From the NCBI GenBank assembly GCA_024679065.1, contig JAGIQG010000016.1, positions 14,136,001-14,200,000 of the forward strand: a stretch of DNA of 64,000 nt, given 5' to 3'. The stretch is from Sphyrna mokarran. Its lineage: Eukaryota. The notes beneath the pieces are model-generated. The model ran no database searches. It saw only the letters and a list, made by a program, of their open reading frames with translations, and was not told the origin of the DNA. The translations under genes and the position numbers were made by a program. Of this stretch, positions 27,852-40,620 are shown piece after piece (positions within the stretch are counted from its first letter, which is position 1; every line of letters starts with the position of its first letter).

Positions 27852-27877
27852 GATCAACTTCTCTACTTTCTTTCTAG

Positions 27878-27913
27878 AAATCCAAAAAATGAAAGAAACT
27901 GTCCTCGAATTTG
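27878..27913 (+). CDS. Microexon 9 (36 nt), EIQKMKETVLEF
   Basis: ctactttctttctag|AAATCC...GAATTTG|gtaagt. Confidence 0.92.
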
Positions 27914-28169
27914 GTAAGTGAAAAAAAAGATGCTTCACCACAAATTTACTAATCTACCGATGCATATATGTAAATGCAATACCAAGTTGCTTTGCTCAGA
28001 TGCGATCGAATTATCGGTCCATAATCTTCATTGCCTGAACGCCTTAGGACGTTCCTGGGAATTAACAGATTCCTCTCGGCCCTCCAACAAATTTTAAGGC
28101 TCACCTGTCTCTTACATTGGAGCTATTGGGGATCTTCCATTAATGTCTGTATAGGCTGTTGTATGTTTA

Positions 28170-28740
28170 TTGATGCCTCTTTTTTTTACATCCACAGGCG
28201 ATTTGGTCCGCCTTGTTGGCCAACAATGGGCATACACGCGGTGGGTCGTGCGAGGGCTGCTCTTGGATGTTGCTTTGAGAGTTGCATAGTGCTTCACGTC
28301 GTTAGTGTACGCTTAAACTGGACCAATTGACCGGTAACACGACAGTTCAGTGACTATCACTGTTTGCTGTGCAGTTACAGGGATCTGGGTCAGATCTCAA
28401 TGGCTTGGGTCAATGTCTGTGGGAGTTTGCACATTCTCCCCGTGCTTGCGTGGTTTTTCTCCAGGTACTCCAGTTTCCTCCCACACCCCAGAAACATGCT
28501 TTTAGGCAGATTGTTGTTAATAAGTGTCCCTAATTTGGATCCCTTTTAATCTGGCGCACATATAATTCCCTAAATTTGCATCCCTTTATTGTGGAGTCCA
28601 CTAGGTGTAGACAAAAGTCGTAGGAAGAAGAAGGATTGGAATAAGGCACTCACTGAGTGCTAAAATGGGCGGCGCGGGCTTGTAGAGCTGAAGGGCAGGT
28701 TTCCTGTGCTGTGCTATTCTTTGCTCTTTGTTCTTTGTCA
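28170..28740 (+). mobile_element. HE1-like SINE with shared upstream leader (copy 2)
   Basis: gtcgtgcgagggctgc...tagtgcttcacgtcgttagtgtacgcttaaactggacc leader, SINE core, CR1-type tail. Confidence 0.85.
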
Positions 28741-28929
28741 ATTTACTTTTGCATTGCATTTCCTGACCTTCAGCAGTTGCGTATAACGGCAGGCCAGACT
28801 GATGAACTGCCGAACTTCTGGTCAACTGTGGTATTTCCTGACGGTACTGTGGAACATATATGCTTTCCAAAGGTTACAAGAAGGCTGTGCAGAAGTGTTT
28901 TGCTCTCATCATTTTTCGCTCTGTAATCA

Positions 28930-29530
28930 ATTTTCTGTGCTACACAGATAAATGACAGAATACATGATTTCCAGCGTGATGGAAATAATTTAGTATTTCT
29001 CCCTAGCCTAGCCGTGACCTCGTATTTTTCCCCCAACCTCATTCGTAATCTTTTCACCTTGTCCAGTTTACCCACCCGACGGATTTTATTCCCTCTGATC
29101 AGCTGATCACCCAGTTTCCATTTGTGCCCCCGATGTAAGCTGCCATGTTCAAAGCATTTTTCTTCATCAGATGTCCTCATTACTATCCAGACGATAGAAG
29201 ACTAATGTATCCATAATTTTATTATAGGACAACTCCCCCCCCTCCTCCGCCCCTTTCCCCCTCCCCAACACCCCCACAATTTCTGATGTAATCTAATAAA
29301 CCTTCTCTGATATTTTTCATCATTTATTCATATATTTTTTATAAATTGAGGAGACCAGTACTGTACATTGTACTCTGGATATAGTCCCTGCAATGCCCTG
29401 TATAATCGACTCTACTCTTACAGTTCTTTCCCTTGCAAAGAAAAATAACATTCCGGCTTACCACACCGGCTTACCAACATTTTGTAATTCATGCATTCAA
29501 GTACACAGAAATGCCGCTGCATATCGTATG
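28930..29530 (-). mobile_element. Decayed CR1 3' fragment
   Basis: ggagaccagtactgtacattgtactc is the reverse of a degenerate EYCVQFWSP motif. Confidence 0.6.
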
Positions 29531-29853
29531 AGCTCTGTATTATATAGATAATATGCAGTGGAAAGTGCTACTGCGTAAACGCTGATAAATATTTTTTTTC
29601 TTGAAACCGTTACTGTGGGATTTATCCATCCTTTTGAAAGGTTCTGTTACAACTTGATTCCATTTAAGTATTGACGCCATCGTGGAATCTTTATTTTTAT
29701 CGAGCAGGCTAGTGCTGCTTGCTCATTTTTCCAGCATTTATGCATGGCAAGTGATTGGTATTTGCATTAATAGAAGAGGGATTTTAACATTCAAATGAAA
29801 TCTATTGCTTATAGTGTCTAAATTATGAACGATTCAAACCCAAATGCCATCAG

Positions 29854-29880
29854 ACACGAGACTGGAAAGCAAAGATAAAG
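29854..29880 (+). CDS. Microexon 10 (27 nt), DTRLESKDK
   Basis: caaatgccatcag|ACACGA...GATAAAG|gtaagg; weak polypyrimidine tract but consensus peptide. Confidence 0.85.
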
Positions 29881-32185
29881 GTAAGGTTGCATTTGTTGAC
29901 AACTGGGTCGCTGCTCTGTCTTTTGTGTTTTTTTCCAGCAGATGTGAGTAGTAATAACATTTTAACTTGCTGCAAAACCATATAACGTCGTTTCACAAAA
30001 CAAGATGCAGCGTATTGAAGACCCTCTGTTATCAGTTCCAGTCATTGTGGCACATGCCAGACAGTTAAGATGGTGCCTAACCATCAATAAAGCTACCAAA
30101 GCTGACAAATAAGTTGTATGTGCTGCCATTCGACCTAACTACCTATTAGATAACTACATAAATGCAGCAGGCAGAAAGACTACTGTTTACCTGTCTGTTC
30201 GTCTAACTGCTTATCCAATTACGTATCTATCTATCTATCTGTTTATCTGTCTAGTTGCCATCTATTAGTCCATTTATTTATCTAGTTGGTAATTTATTGA
30301 CTGTCTGTCTAAATCTTCTTTTGAATAGAACAGTATAAGTGGGTCATTTATTCAAAAATATGTAATTGATGCCTGGGAGTATTAAAGATAGAGTGTGCGC
30401 CGAAAAGTTTGGCACACCTATTCGAGACATTAACATTCTTTTTTCATTTCTCTCGAAGACAAATATGCGGCAGATTCAAACACCGTATTTTGAAGAGTCT
30501 CAGGCGATCAGAATATAAGTTAGAACCTGAGAGAAGTAGGCAGCATTAACTCTCCTAACAGTAATTCTGGTAGGTAAAGCACCTGGACTATTAATCTGGA
30601 ACTACTAACTAATGACCTTGAGAAATAAATGCAAATTTCGTCATGGATATGGGAAAGTTAAATTCAGCCAGTATGGCAAACATGAAATAGATTTTTGCAA
30701 TGAAAGCTATAGATATTACAAATGGAAAGAAAAAAATCAGAGTTATTGATATCTTTTAGATAAACGGGATATGGATATAAACTGGAGGAGAGGTGGAGTG
30801 CAGAATGATACCACATGCTGTAGCAGATGGGGCTATTGCTACTGCCCAAGCCAGAAAAAGCCTAAAATTGGGAAGGGATTAGAATCATAATTCTCCACCA
30901 TCTGCATTAGTGACTTGCAGGCAATAAATTGCGGGTGCCAATGTTACCTTGCCAGAAATACTCTCATGATTCTACTTCAATGATGGCTTACAACAGTCCT
31001 CAAAAAATACATCTAACTTTACATTTGTTTTGATCCATTCATCCATGACTGCTATGCCGTTGACCTGGACCTGTTACTGCTCAAACATTCTATAAATGTT
31101 AAAACAGTATGCATTTATATTTCAATCATTCCATGATCCTTTTGTTCTTTGTTCGTGCAATGCCCATAACGGGCTAACAACTTCTCATGAGCAATCCGAC
31201 GTTAATAGATGATTCTCACCTTAACACTGTACCACTGTGTTGCCCTCTTAAGTCGACACTTAAGTCACATATAACCAAGCATTCAAACATCTGCCCTAAG
31301 ATTTGTTTTGGTTCGTTGACTCCGATTTATATCTCAAAGACATTTTTGAAAAGGCTTGGGACTTTCGATAATGTTAAAGGTGTTCACTAAGCAAATACTC
31401 TTGTTGCTTGTATTGACACTGGCTGAAAACTGAGTATGAGTCCCTTTCGTGGTTTCTGAACAGTGACACAGTGTTACAAAAGATTGAAGAATTTTTTCCA
31501 ACTATTCATGAATACTTTCATGAATTCCATCAGAGCGATGTTTAGTGCTGCAATAAAAGCGAATAATAATTGCCACCAATCATACAAATTTCATTGCTTC
31601 TAATTTGAATATGAAAAATAGGGACATTTATTTCTACCATATAAGAAACAAATGTTTGCCGTGAGCATTAGGAAGTAGGAACTGCTGCTAACAGATCGGC
31701 AAAAGAAAAGAACTCTCACAAAACTATGTGCAATACTCTTTGCATGTTAAAATGTACAAACAAATTAATACGAAATTTCGGTTCATTAACGTGGACGGGG
31801 CATTTTGGTCAGGAGTACCAGTGGAAACCAAATGTATTCAGTAAATCATTAGCAACTGACCTGCGATTCTCACCGCTAACATCCATTTTGTCTTTCCCAC
31901 CCCTACTTTCCTCCCAGTCCACATACACACAGAAAACTGTTGCAATTGTCGTTGTGTTATTTACCTTGAGGCCGGTTTAGTAATCTTTAACTCGCATTTC
32001 ACGAAACCGAATCATGCAAAAGAAAATGGTGAAATGGCGAGTATGCTGCTGATCCAAGAAGATAAACGGCATATTCGGCACTTCCCACCTCATGCTGTTT
32101 TGCCACTTTGACTGAAAAATGGTCCGATTTCTCCACGTTAACAACAAAATCCATCTTGTTTTTTTTTGTCACCTTCTCACTCAAG

Positions 32186-32221
32186 AAGTGGAAAAGATTC
32201 AAAATCAGTTCTTGGATTGTG
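32186..32221 (+). CDS. Microexon 11 (36 nt), EVEKIQNQFLDC
   Basis: tttgtcaccttctcactcaag|AAGTGG...GATTGTG|gtaagt; tandem AAG-AAG acceptor. Confidence 0.87.
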
Positions 32222-32964
32222 GTAAGTACAAAGTATTGGATTAGCTTTTCTTGCAAACACCGCTACGCAGTTCACTATTCTCTATGTTGGAAGACACGCA
32301 TGCAGAAGAAGGCCAGATAAATGTCTCCTACAGCTCCCTTGGCAATTTTGCTTTTTTTTTACGGGATGGTCACCATGTGAGATAAAGGCGATGTCCGCAA
32401 TGCCACATTTTCAAATCCACAGCCCTCCCCCCCTACCCCCCAGCTGCTATGGCGAGTTGCCCAGTTTGGTCATTAGATCGGTTGTCTCACTTTCTGTGTT
32501 ATTTTTCCGTGGTGCTCTTGGATGGATGGTTGCTGACCGACATGTCGATTCATAAACCACCAAACCATATTAAATCTCATTATGGCCAAGTCGGGTTTCT
32601 GAAATAGCTATCCAATCAATTCCCCATTCTTCCCTTCCTTCCGAACATCCTGGATTATTTGTCCCCTTTTTATAATAAGTTGCCTTTGGAAATCACATTT
32701 CAACTTGCATTGAGCAATAGTTCAGGCAGCGTATTGAAATTCATAGAAACTTAGAAAGCTCGTCTTATCACCATTGTTATTTCGCCCCAGTTATCGCACA
32801 GCTTTGTTTCCTGGTTACTTACCGTTCTATCCGTGGATCGTTTTAATCTACTTACCCCATATTACATCGACATCCTTTCCAATACAAATACTACATATTT
32901 ACTTCCTTTGTTCGTTGGAGAACGATCTCAGCTCTTATACTATCACTGAATATCTGAAAACCCA

Positions 32965-33500
32965 TAGAATCCATAGCGTGCAGACGGAAGCGACTCGGCC
33001 CATCGATCCTATCCCGACAGTCCGAGAAAGCATGTTAACTAGGTCCACAGTCCTGTCGTATCCCATAAGGCTGTGCATTTGCCATGCCTAATCCACCTAA
33101 CCGACATATCGCGATACACTAAGGGACAACTTAGCATGACATGTCCGCCTCATCTGCGTGTCATTGGACACTAATGAAAAATATAGCATAGTCAATCCAT
33201 ATAATCGGCACATGCTTGAACAATAAGGGATAATTTAGGATGGCCAATTCACCTAACCTGCATATCGTTGGACACTAATGGACAATAATGTATGGTAAAT
33301 CCACTTAATCTGCTCATCAATGGACACTAAGAGACAAATTAGCATGGCCAATTCATCTAAGCAGTATATCAGTAGATTGCAGGGCGCACCCAAAGGAAAC
33401 ACGCAGACACAGGCAGATCGTGGAAACGCCACACAGCGTTACCCGACGCCCGAATCGAACCCAGTGCCCTGACACTGTGACCAAACAGTGTTAACAATTC
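32965..33500 (-). mobile_element. HE1-like SINE with an expanded internal ~50-bp tandem repeat (about 6 units)
   Basis: Repeated ccaatccacctaacc...ggacactaa(g/t)ggaca...tagcat units 33085-33380. Confidence 0.85.
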
Positions 33501-34161
33501 CTCACGCCTGATATATTTCTGTTAAGTCACTGATTATTTTGCTACAATGCGTGCTATATATAAGAAGCAGGTGAGCAACCGCACCAGATTCAATGGATGA
33601 CATATTTCAGTCGCATTCCAGGCTGACAAGAGCAGAAATCACTTTGGGAAACCATGATTGATAATTTCGTTCAAACCCAAACCAGTTCTGATTTATGACT
33701 ATAACGGCTATGTCTTCAAAGTCGCCCGATTAATTATTGAAATTTCACTTAAAAGGGTACTATGAGTGTCCCAATACCAAAACTCTGCAGCTGTTCGTGA
33801 AGGTGACTTGGCAAACCGCAGCTGTAAATAAGCTCAAAATGCCCGTCTTGCCAGTTCATATCAAGGAGATCTTTCTAAGATTGTTTTGCTTCCTTTGAAG
33901 CAGCAGTAAGTACGAATTGAATAATTGATAAAGTAGTATATTTATTTATAAAGTTGAAAATGGTTAATGTATATTCCAAATAAAAACATTTGTATCTTGG
34001 ATCCACAAATTGTTTTGAATTAACATAATCGCTCATCGTGTGTTGAATAAAAGAACCAGGTGAGTATTTTGGGGGTAAAAGTCAATTGCATTTAAATTAA
34101 TTGCAACTTTGTCATGATTTCTTTTTTGTTGTTGTTGTTTTCTAATTAACGTTGCAATTAG

Positions 34162-34188
34162 AACAACGTCTGAACAGCAAAGGAAAAG
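34162..34188 (+). CDS. Microexon 12 (27 nt), EQRLNSKGK
   Basis: ctaattaacgttgcaattag|AACAAC...GGAAAAG|gtaaag. Confidence 0.85.
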
Positions 34189-34299
34189 GTAAAGAAAAGA
34201 ATGAAGATCAGCATCCCTGACTGTCTCATATAAGCTGAAGGTTCTCTTCATACTTTGCGATTATAACGTGACGATTGTCCAGAAAATTGTTTTTTTTCG

Positions 34300-34365
34300 T
34301 TCTCTCTCTTTCTCTCTCTCTGTCTCCCCCTCTCTCTCTCTCTGTCTCTCTCTCTCCTTCCTTCC
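34300..34365. repeat. (CT)n-rich microsatellite
   Basis: Direct reading. Confidence 0.9.
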
Positions 34366-35029
34366 TAACGAGTAAGAAAGTCAGGTACACATATATTCCT
34401 CAGTTTCGTGCAGGTTGCCTGCCGCCTCTCTGTGAGCCTTTCAGCTCAACAATGCCTCCTAACTTTTTGCCATCTATGGTGGGACTCAAGCTTGTAACAC
34501 TAGAGCATTGCTCAAAGTGGGTGACCTTTTCCACTAGACAACAGAGGGAACCTGAGAATATTTCAACTCACCCATGCTTCCCAACGGATTTTTTAACCAT
34601 CTACTGCAGTGGGATTAGAGCCAGCGACCAGGAGCAGTGCTCTATGATTGCGATTTTTTTTTCCAATTCAGTAATCTATCGGGCAAAAGGTGTATTTAAA
34701 TTAGCGGATGTGGTTTCAATTTGCAGTGGGAACGAGAAATGCAGGGTTTCTTCAATTTATTTGTTCCCATGCACATATTAAGCCTCAGAGGCAGCAATTA
34801 AAACATAGCCCAACTGCTCCTTACTCCTGATCTCTTCCTGGGACGGCGTGATTCTCAAATTGGCAGCAGGTTTTTCTTTACGTCCGGAGGATCTAGCTGG
34901 CTTGAATTGTTCGATTATCGTCAAAGAGCAGAATAAATTCAGGTGATTTTATTGTTAAATACTGGGTGTTTTTATTTTGTGATGTGATAATACAGAATGG
35001 TATGAATCACATAAGAAGACAGCAATATT

Positions 35030-35475
35030 CCGGAGCAAGATGAAGCTGGGCGGCCACACAATATGGACGTAAGCATCAGAAACGACAGCGAATACCCCAG
35101 CCCCATCGTGCAATTTCATTCTTACCAACATCTGGGGGCTAGTGCCAAAGTTTGCAAAGCTATTCAGGGACGAGTAAAGCAACAGCCCAAGATAGTTACC
35201 TTCTTAGGCACTACGACCTCTAAAATCTGTAAGTACAAGGACAGCAGATCAGCTAATGGAATACCACAACATGGAGGTTGTCCTCCATCACTCGTTATCC
35301 CAGCATGGAGATTTATCAGCATTCTTTTGCAATGGCTGGGAAAAATTCCTAGCGTTCCTTGCCTGACAACACTCGGGGTGTAACTACAGATCGACATGTT
35401 AGCTCACCACCCCATTGTAACAGCAGCTAGAGTTAGGCAATCAATGGTAATGTAGTCAGTGACGCTCAAATCTCG
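35030..35475 (+). mobile_element. 3' end of L2/CR1-group LINE (same family as 44225-46030)
   Basis: aggacagcagat...ataccacaac...gctgggaaaaattcctag...gctcaccacc...ggcaatcaatg. Confidence 0.6.
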
Positions 35476-35583
35476 TAAACAAATAAAAAAGAGACGGTGC
35501 TTGTTGTGATTAAGAGATTGCCAGTATGTGACACGAATGAGCAACCAAACACTCATCCTGATTAAATTATTATTTTCCAATAG

Positions 35584-35619
35584 CATTGGAAAAAGCCAAG
35601 AAAGAGATTACTGATATTG
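35584..35619 (+). CDS. Microexon 13 (36 nt), ALEKAKKEITDI
   Basis: ttattttccaatag|CATTGG...GATATTG|gtgagt. Confidence 0.9.
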
Positions 35620-37857
35620 GTGAGTATTACATTAACTTAAACTTGCTTTGAACAGCTGGCTACCCGATCATTGCATTGCTTAGCTGATGCTTTTTGTATT
35701 CCCTCTTGAATGAAACTTCCCCTGAATTCTTTTTTGGAATACTCCTAGCATGTGTCGCGCTGAATATTACTCTAACAATCCAAAGAAAACATTGAAAAGA
35801 AGAGAATAACATTTACAAAGCACTAGCCAATCGGATCGGGCAGAGAGCTCATCCAATAGACGTTGAATTGTGTTACCAACGCATAGGATAAGAACAATCG
35901 CCTCCAGGCAGTAGATTTCACTGGAAATAAAATGTACTAGGCATGATGAGATTCATACAACAAGGACATAATTTTAAGACTGTGCCATGTATCTCAACTT
36001 CGAACACCAGAAAATACCTCCACCAGAAAATAGCTCTAAGTAACAAGTAATGAAATTGATCGAATGTTCTCAGATTGGTTGGTTTTGTGCGGTTAATCGA
36101 GATGGCTGTCTTAACTTTAGACAACACAAAAGTCATCAGGCAGATATATCTGTATAAAGACAAAACATTTGTTTAAATAAAACAAAACAGCTGCAAGGAG
36201 ATCACGAGGAAAGCTAAGTAGCTCCAAGATAGAGACAGAACCTCTCTGATGAATCTGAGGCATACAATAAGAAACAGATTAATAATAGTTTTTTTCTTAT
36301 CAATCATTCTCATCTTACATTAATTTAATATCAACTATATTTAGTATATATTCGCCAATAATGATCGCTGATATCTAACTCAGCTAACTTCATTTTACTA
36401 TTCAGCGTAATGATGTTTCATTGATCCATTAAATCTGGATGCTAACTCCCATATTGGCTAAAGTCACTTCCTGTTATCTTAGATGTTTACTAAAGCGGTC
36501 AAAGTGGATTTTATCAAGTGGATCATTATCAAACTGAATAGACACGTGGTCTCACACCTGGCAGGCTGACATCTAAAGTCTTAACAATGAATATCCCTAT
36601 CCATAAATGTTGCAATACATGTTCCTGTATAAGAAACTTGCTGATATTGAATTTTGCTAACTAGAGGTTCCCAGGCCTTTGGTACCTTATGGTAATCTGC
36701 TTTCTGCTGAAGTGAACAATGATTCTTACAATACTTAATATTCATTAAAATATCAGCATGCATGTTTTAAAATCTTAACTATTTGTTTAATTATCTTATT
36801 GCTTTTACATGTGTATAATCTATTCCTCTGGTTAGCTTATTAATTTGGTTTAAGAATCATTTAACTCTTTACCAATAGTTCTGTCAGTGCCTTAATGTAT
36901 TCTGCTTAAAAACATTATTAACTGGTTAGAGATCTCCCACTTCAGTTGAGTACAGTGGTATTTGTACACAAGAAGCTCGAAGGCATTAAGGATAAATCAG
37001 AACTGCTTGTCATTTGTAGTCCAATTAAACATCGAACACAATGTTTGCTATGCAGAGTAAATTAGTGGATGCAATGCAACAATCCATTTATATGTATCAG
37101 ATAGTCCCAAACAGTTCTTCAGTATGTAATGGCTACAACAATAAAGTTAAGGAATGGAAATTCCATTCTCTCCTGATCCTTCCGGCCTGGATTTTATTGT
37201 CTAGCTTCTACAGCTAAGGTATAACGATATACACCCCTGGAAAATAATAGGTCAAATCACTGTAGGGTTCAAGGGAAAAATTGGTTCCCAATTTCGATGG
37301 GCACTTGCCGTGGACAAACTTCATCCCTTGCAAGTAAATTTTATATCCTGGGAATGATTAATGATAAATCAAAACTATAATAGAGTATAATATTAGACAA
37401 ATTGTCAATGATACCAGTAAAATTCAACCACTATTTCAGACTTATTCATTTCATGTTTCCCTGGGGTAATGAAAATAAATACTCCAAAAGAGTGCGCTTG
37501 CATTTATGTATTTAACCACTAAAACTGATTTTCAAAATTATGTGTGGACGTTTGTATGCAGATAAGTAAAACTGGGTTCAGTTGACAGAATAAGTGGAAG
37601 ACGATGGAGTTGTGGCTTTTGCATATGTATTTAAGGGGACAAAAGTCCCTGCTTTGAGTTCATAGGCTGGAAAAAGGTTATTTTAATAGCATGGCGCTGT
37701 CGGTTCATAAAATTATACTGTGCAATATAAGAGGAAGAAGCAACCTCAATGATTCCCGGTAGAAAAGATATATCACCTCTTAGAGTTGGTGCCCAGATTA
37801 TACTCAACATCCTACCTTTTCTTGTTCTGCTAATTGTTCTACTTCACTTTTCTCCAG

Positions 37858-37884
37858 CAACAAAGCTGAGTAACAAAACCAAAG
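37858..37884 (+). CDS. Microexon 14 (27 nt), ATKLSNKTK
   Basis: cttcacttttctccag|CAACAA...ACCAAAG|gtgaga. Confidence 0.92.
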
Positions 37885-38884
37885 GTGAGAGATGGGAAAA
37901 CACCTTCGTTGTACTGTCAAAATTGAACTAGGGGATGAATGTCATATTTGACAATAATTGAGTTGGGTGTTAAATTTATGCTGCAGAGATTTGGGAATCT
38001 AGGTAAATTTGAATGTCATGGAAAAACTAGAGCCAATAAGACAAAATAATGCTTTCAGCCGCTATATATCCGAAACACTGGAATGAATAGAAGCCATGCC
38101 ACAGAACATAAAACACTGGAGCGTAACTGGGCCAACGTGGTTTATTCTACTAATCAGTGCTATGAGGAGGAATGCGTTGGAAATTGAAAGGATTTACTAA
38201 ATTGACAGCTTGACGAGAGATACCATTGCACAAATTCCGGTTGTGCTCCCTGCTGTTTAAAAGCTAGGTACATGGGTAGCAGGAAATGTGTGGAATTACA
38301 AGGAGCGTAGATGGGGAATTCATGTCAACCAATGATTTTTGTTGGTTGGTGCATCCGTTCTGTTGCATAATCGAAAATAAGAGCAAAGCTTTTCTCAAGG
38401 AACAAGTTGTTTCAATGATATGAGCTCTTCTCACAAGCAGTAATTGATTCTGGATCAATGGCTCACTGAAATCAGAGGTTAATGGTTTTATTTTAACCTA
38501 CAATTGCAAGTGACATTGTGCACAGTTCCAGAAACGGAATAATACCAAGACTCAGCCACCAACTCAATAAATTGTGGAATGGGTTAAAGGGGTCGAATGG
38601 AATATTGCTGCTTTGATGTTATGTTAGCCATAAACAGCGCGATCCAATACATCTGGTGCTTCATCTTAGGTCACGCAACCTGACGTTGCAATCTGACACT
38701 ATGTTCACTGTCATGCTTACATTTTGAAAATCCAAACCTCAGCTGTGAATTGACAATTTGGTGTCAGCTTTGATGAGCTCGAAATGTTTCCTACCACTCA
38801 TTTGTGTTTACAGTTGTTTCCTCAAGAATAAAACATATCATATTAGAAATAGTTTAAAATACCTTAAGATAAGCCATGAAATCA

Positions 38885-39205
38885 TGTCGTAGAATCCCTT
38901 CAGTGCAAAAGAGGTGATCTGCTCAACCGATATATGTTGACTCACTGTCTCCCTCCCTGTCCCCTAAAGTTCCCATCGCTAATCCATTTAATCTACACAC
39001 CTTGCGACATAACCGACAACATAGCATGGGCAATTTACATAATTTACACATCTTTGGATTGTAGGAGGAAACCAGAGTGCCTGGAACGAACACAAATAGA
39101 GAGTAGGGGAACACACAATCTCCACACAGTCACCCAAGGCCGGAATTGAAGCCAAATCGCAGGAGTTCTGAGAGTGCAGTGTCATCATGTAACCCACAGC
39201 ATTCA
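38885..39205 (-). mobile_element. HE1-like SINE
   Basis: catctttggattgtaggaggaaaccagag...ctccacacagtcacccaaggccggaattgaa. Confidence 0.8.
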
Positions 39206-40419
39206 ACAAAACAGCAGGTGCACATTCTCAAGCTGTGCAATAAAATATCAGGTGCCAAATATTGCCTTGCGTTCAAACAGCCTCGACTTCTGTATTCCAG
39301 TGAAGTGGTTAAATGGCCTCAACTTGCTGTGCAAGTGAATGAGTGTGGGATTTGGTGCGTGAGTAAATCGGTAAGTAATATGAGATTGCTAGATGCGTAA
39401 GAGTGTAGATGAGCGAGGCATGTGCGTAGGTAGGTGGACTGCCAGATAGTTGAGGCAGTAGCTGCGTGTGAAGGCATTGGGTGAGTAAGGTGGGTGGGTA
39501 AGCTGGCAAGGTCGGCGAGTGGCAGCTGTGTGGTGTGGAAGCCTGGTAAGGATTAGGTAGTTAAATTGAATGCTTGGGTTGTGTTCAAACAGGTTAGAGT
39601 AACGGCTCCGTCGGGCGCTATGCAGTGTGGGAGGCTGAAAATTGGAGTGGGTAAGATGATACCTGAACAGGATGACTAACAAAATATTTAAGCATGGATT
39701 TTTTTGCCCTGTATTTATTGCACAACTATTCAGGTAATTAATTCAGAACTCTCTGAGGTCTTCAGACCAACACTGCAGACTATTTTTGCTTGTGTTTGAT
39801 TTTTTTTTTTATGTATTGGTATTCCAAGTAAGACAACAAATACAGTTTATATCTTGATGACCTGGCCGTTATTATTATTTCCTCGCAAATCAGAGCACTT
39901 GCATCTCTTGACGGTGAACATTTTCTTTGGCGGAGAATTGGGCTCCATGCAATCCACTCTCAGCACAACAATGTTTGCAGTTTTAGCCCATTTCTGAAAT
40001 ATAGAATCTGTCTCTTCACCATGACACTTCTTTCTGTCAAACCGTCTCTTATCCTATGCGTTTCAGGGATCGTTCCTCTTCTTGTACCGGGTAAACTTTT
40101 GGGACTGATATTTACAAAACATTTTGTACTGTGTCCTCGTGGTCTCTGGTACGTTGACCATCTTTCTGGCCTAGGCGATGAGAGGAAAACATTCCACATC
40201 TTCTGTGTAACAAGGAAATTACTCCTTAGGATACCACCCTAGCAATTCACAGTCAGTGTTTCAAAAATTCCTCAAGTCCCAGTGAATATTTTGGGAAAAG
40301 CAGATCCAGTCCCCACGGCTCATAGACGGGAAAACAGGGGCCGTTATGAAACTTCAGTTTATTCTAGCAGACACTATGAGGGATACTGCAAGATTGGTCA
40401 AATTATACACATCGTGAGA

Positions 40420-40620
40420 ACCAGTAAGAGTCCCACCTACCCCGCAACGCCACGTATTTATCCTGCTATTCCTTCTGAGACAAAGGGTCAGTTTAATATG
40501 GTCAATGAACATAACTAGCAGATTTCTGGACAGCAGGCGAAAACTGAGTCACGGGGAAAATGTGCAAACTGCACACGGACAACCATCGAAAGCCAGAATT
40601 GGCAGTGTTAACAACGATAC
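40420..40620 (-). mobile_element. HE1-like SINE fragment
   Basis: ggggaaaatgtgcaaactgcacacggaca. Confidence 0.65.

Noticed and set aside
33085-33380. Regularly spaced repeats as a CRISPR array
   Set aside because: Eukaryotic context, no unique spacers, no cas genes; the units are SINE-internal repeats.
38765-38790. tttgatgagctcgaaa minimal hammerhead-like string
   Set aside because: The first core base is wrong and no flanking stems were evident.
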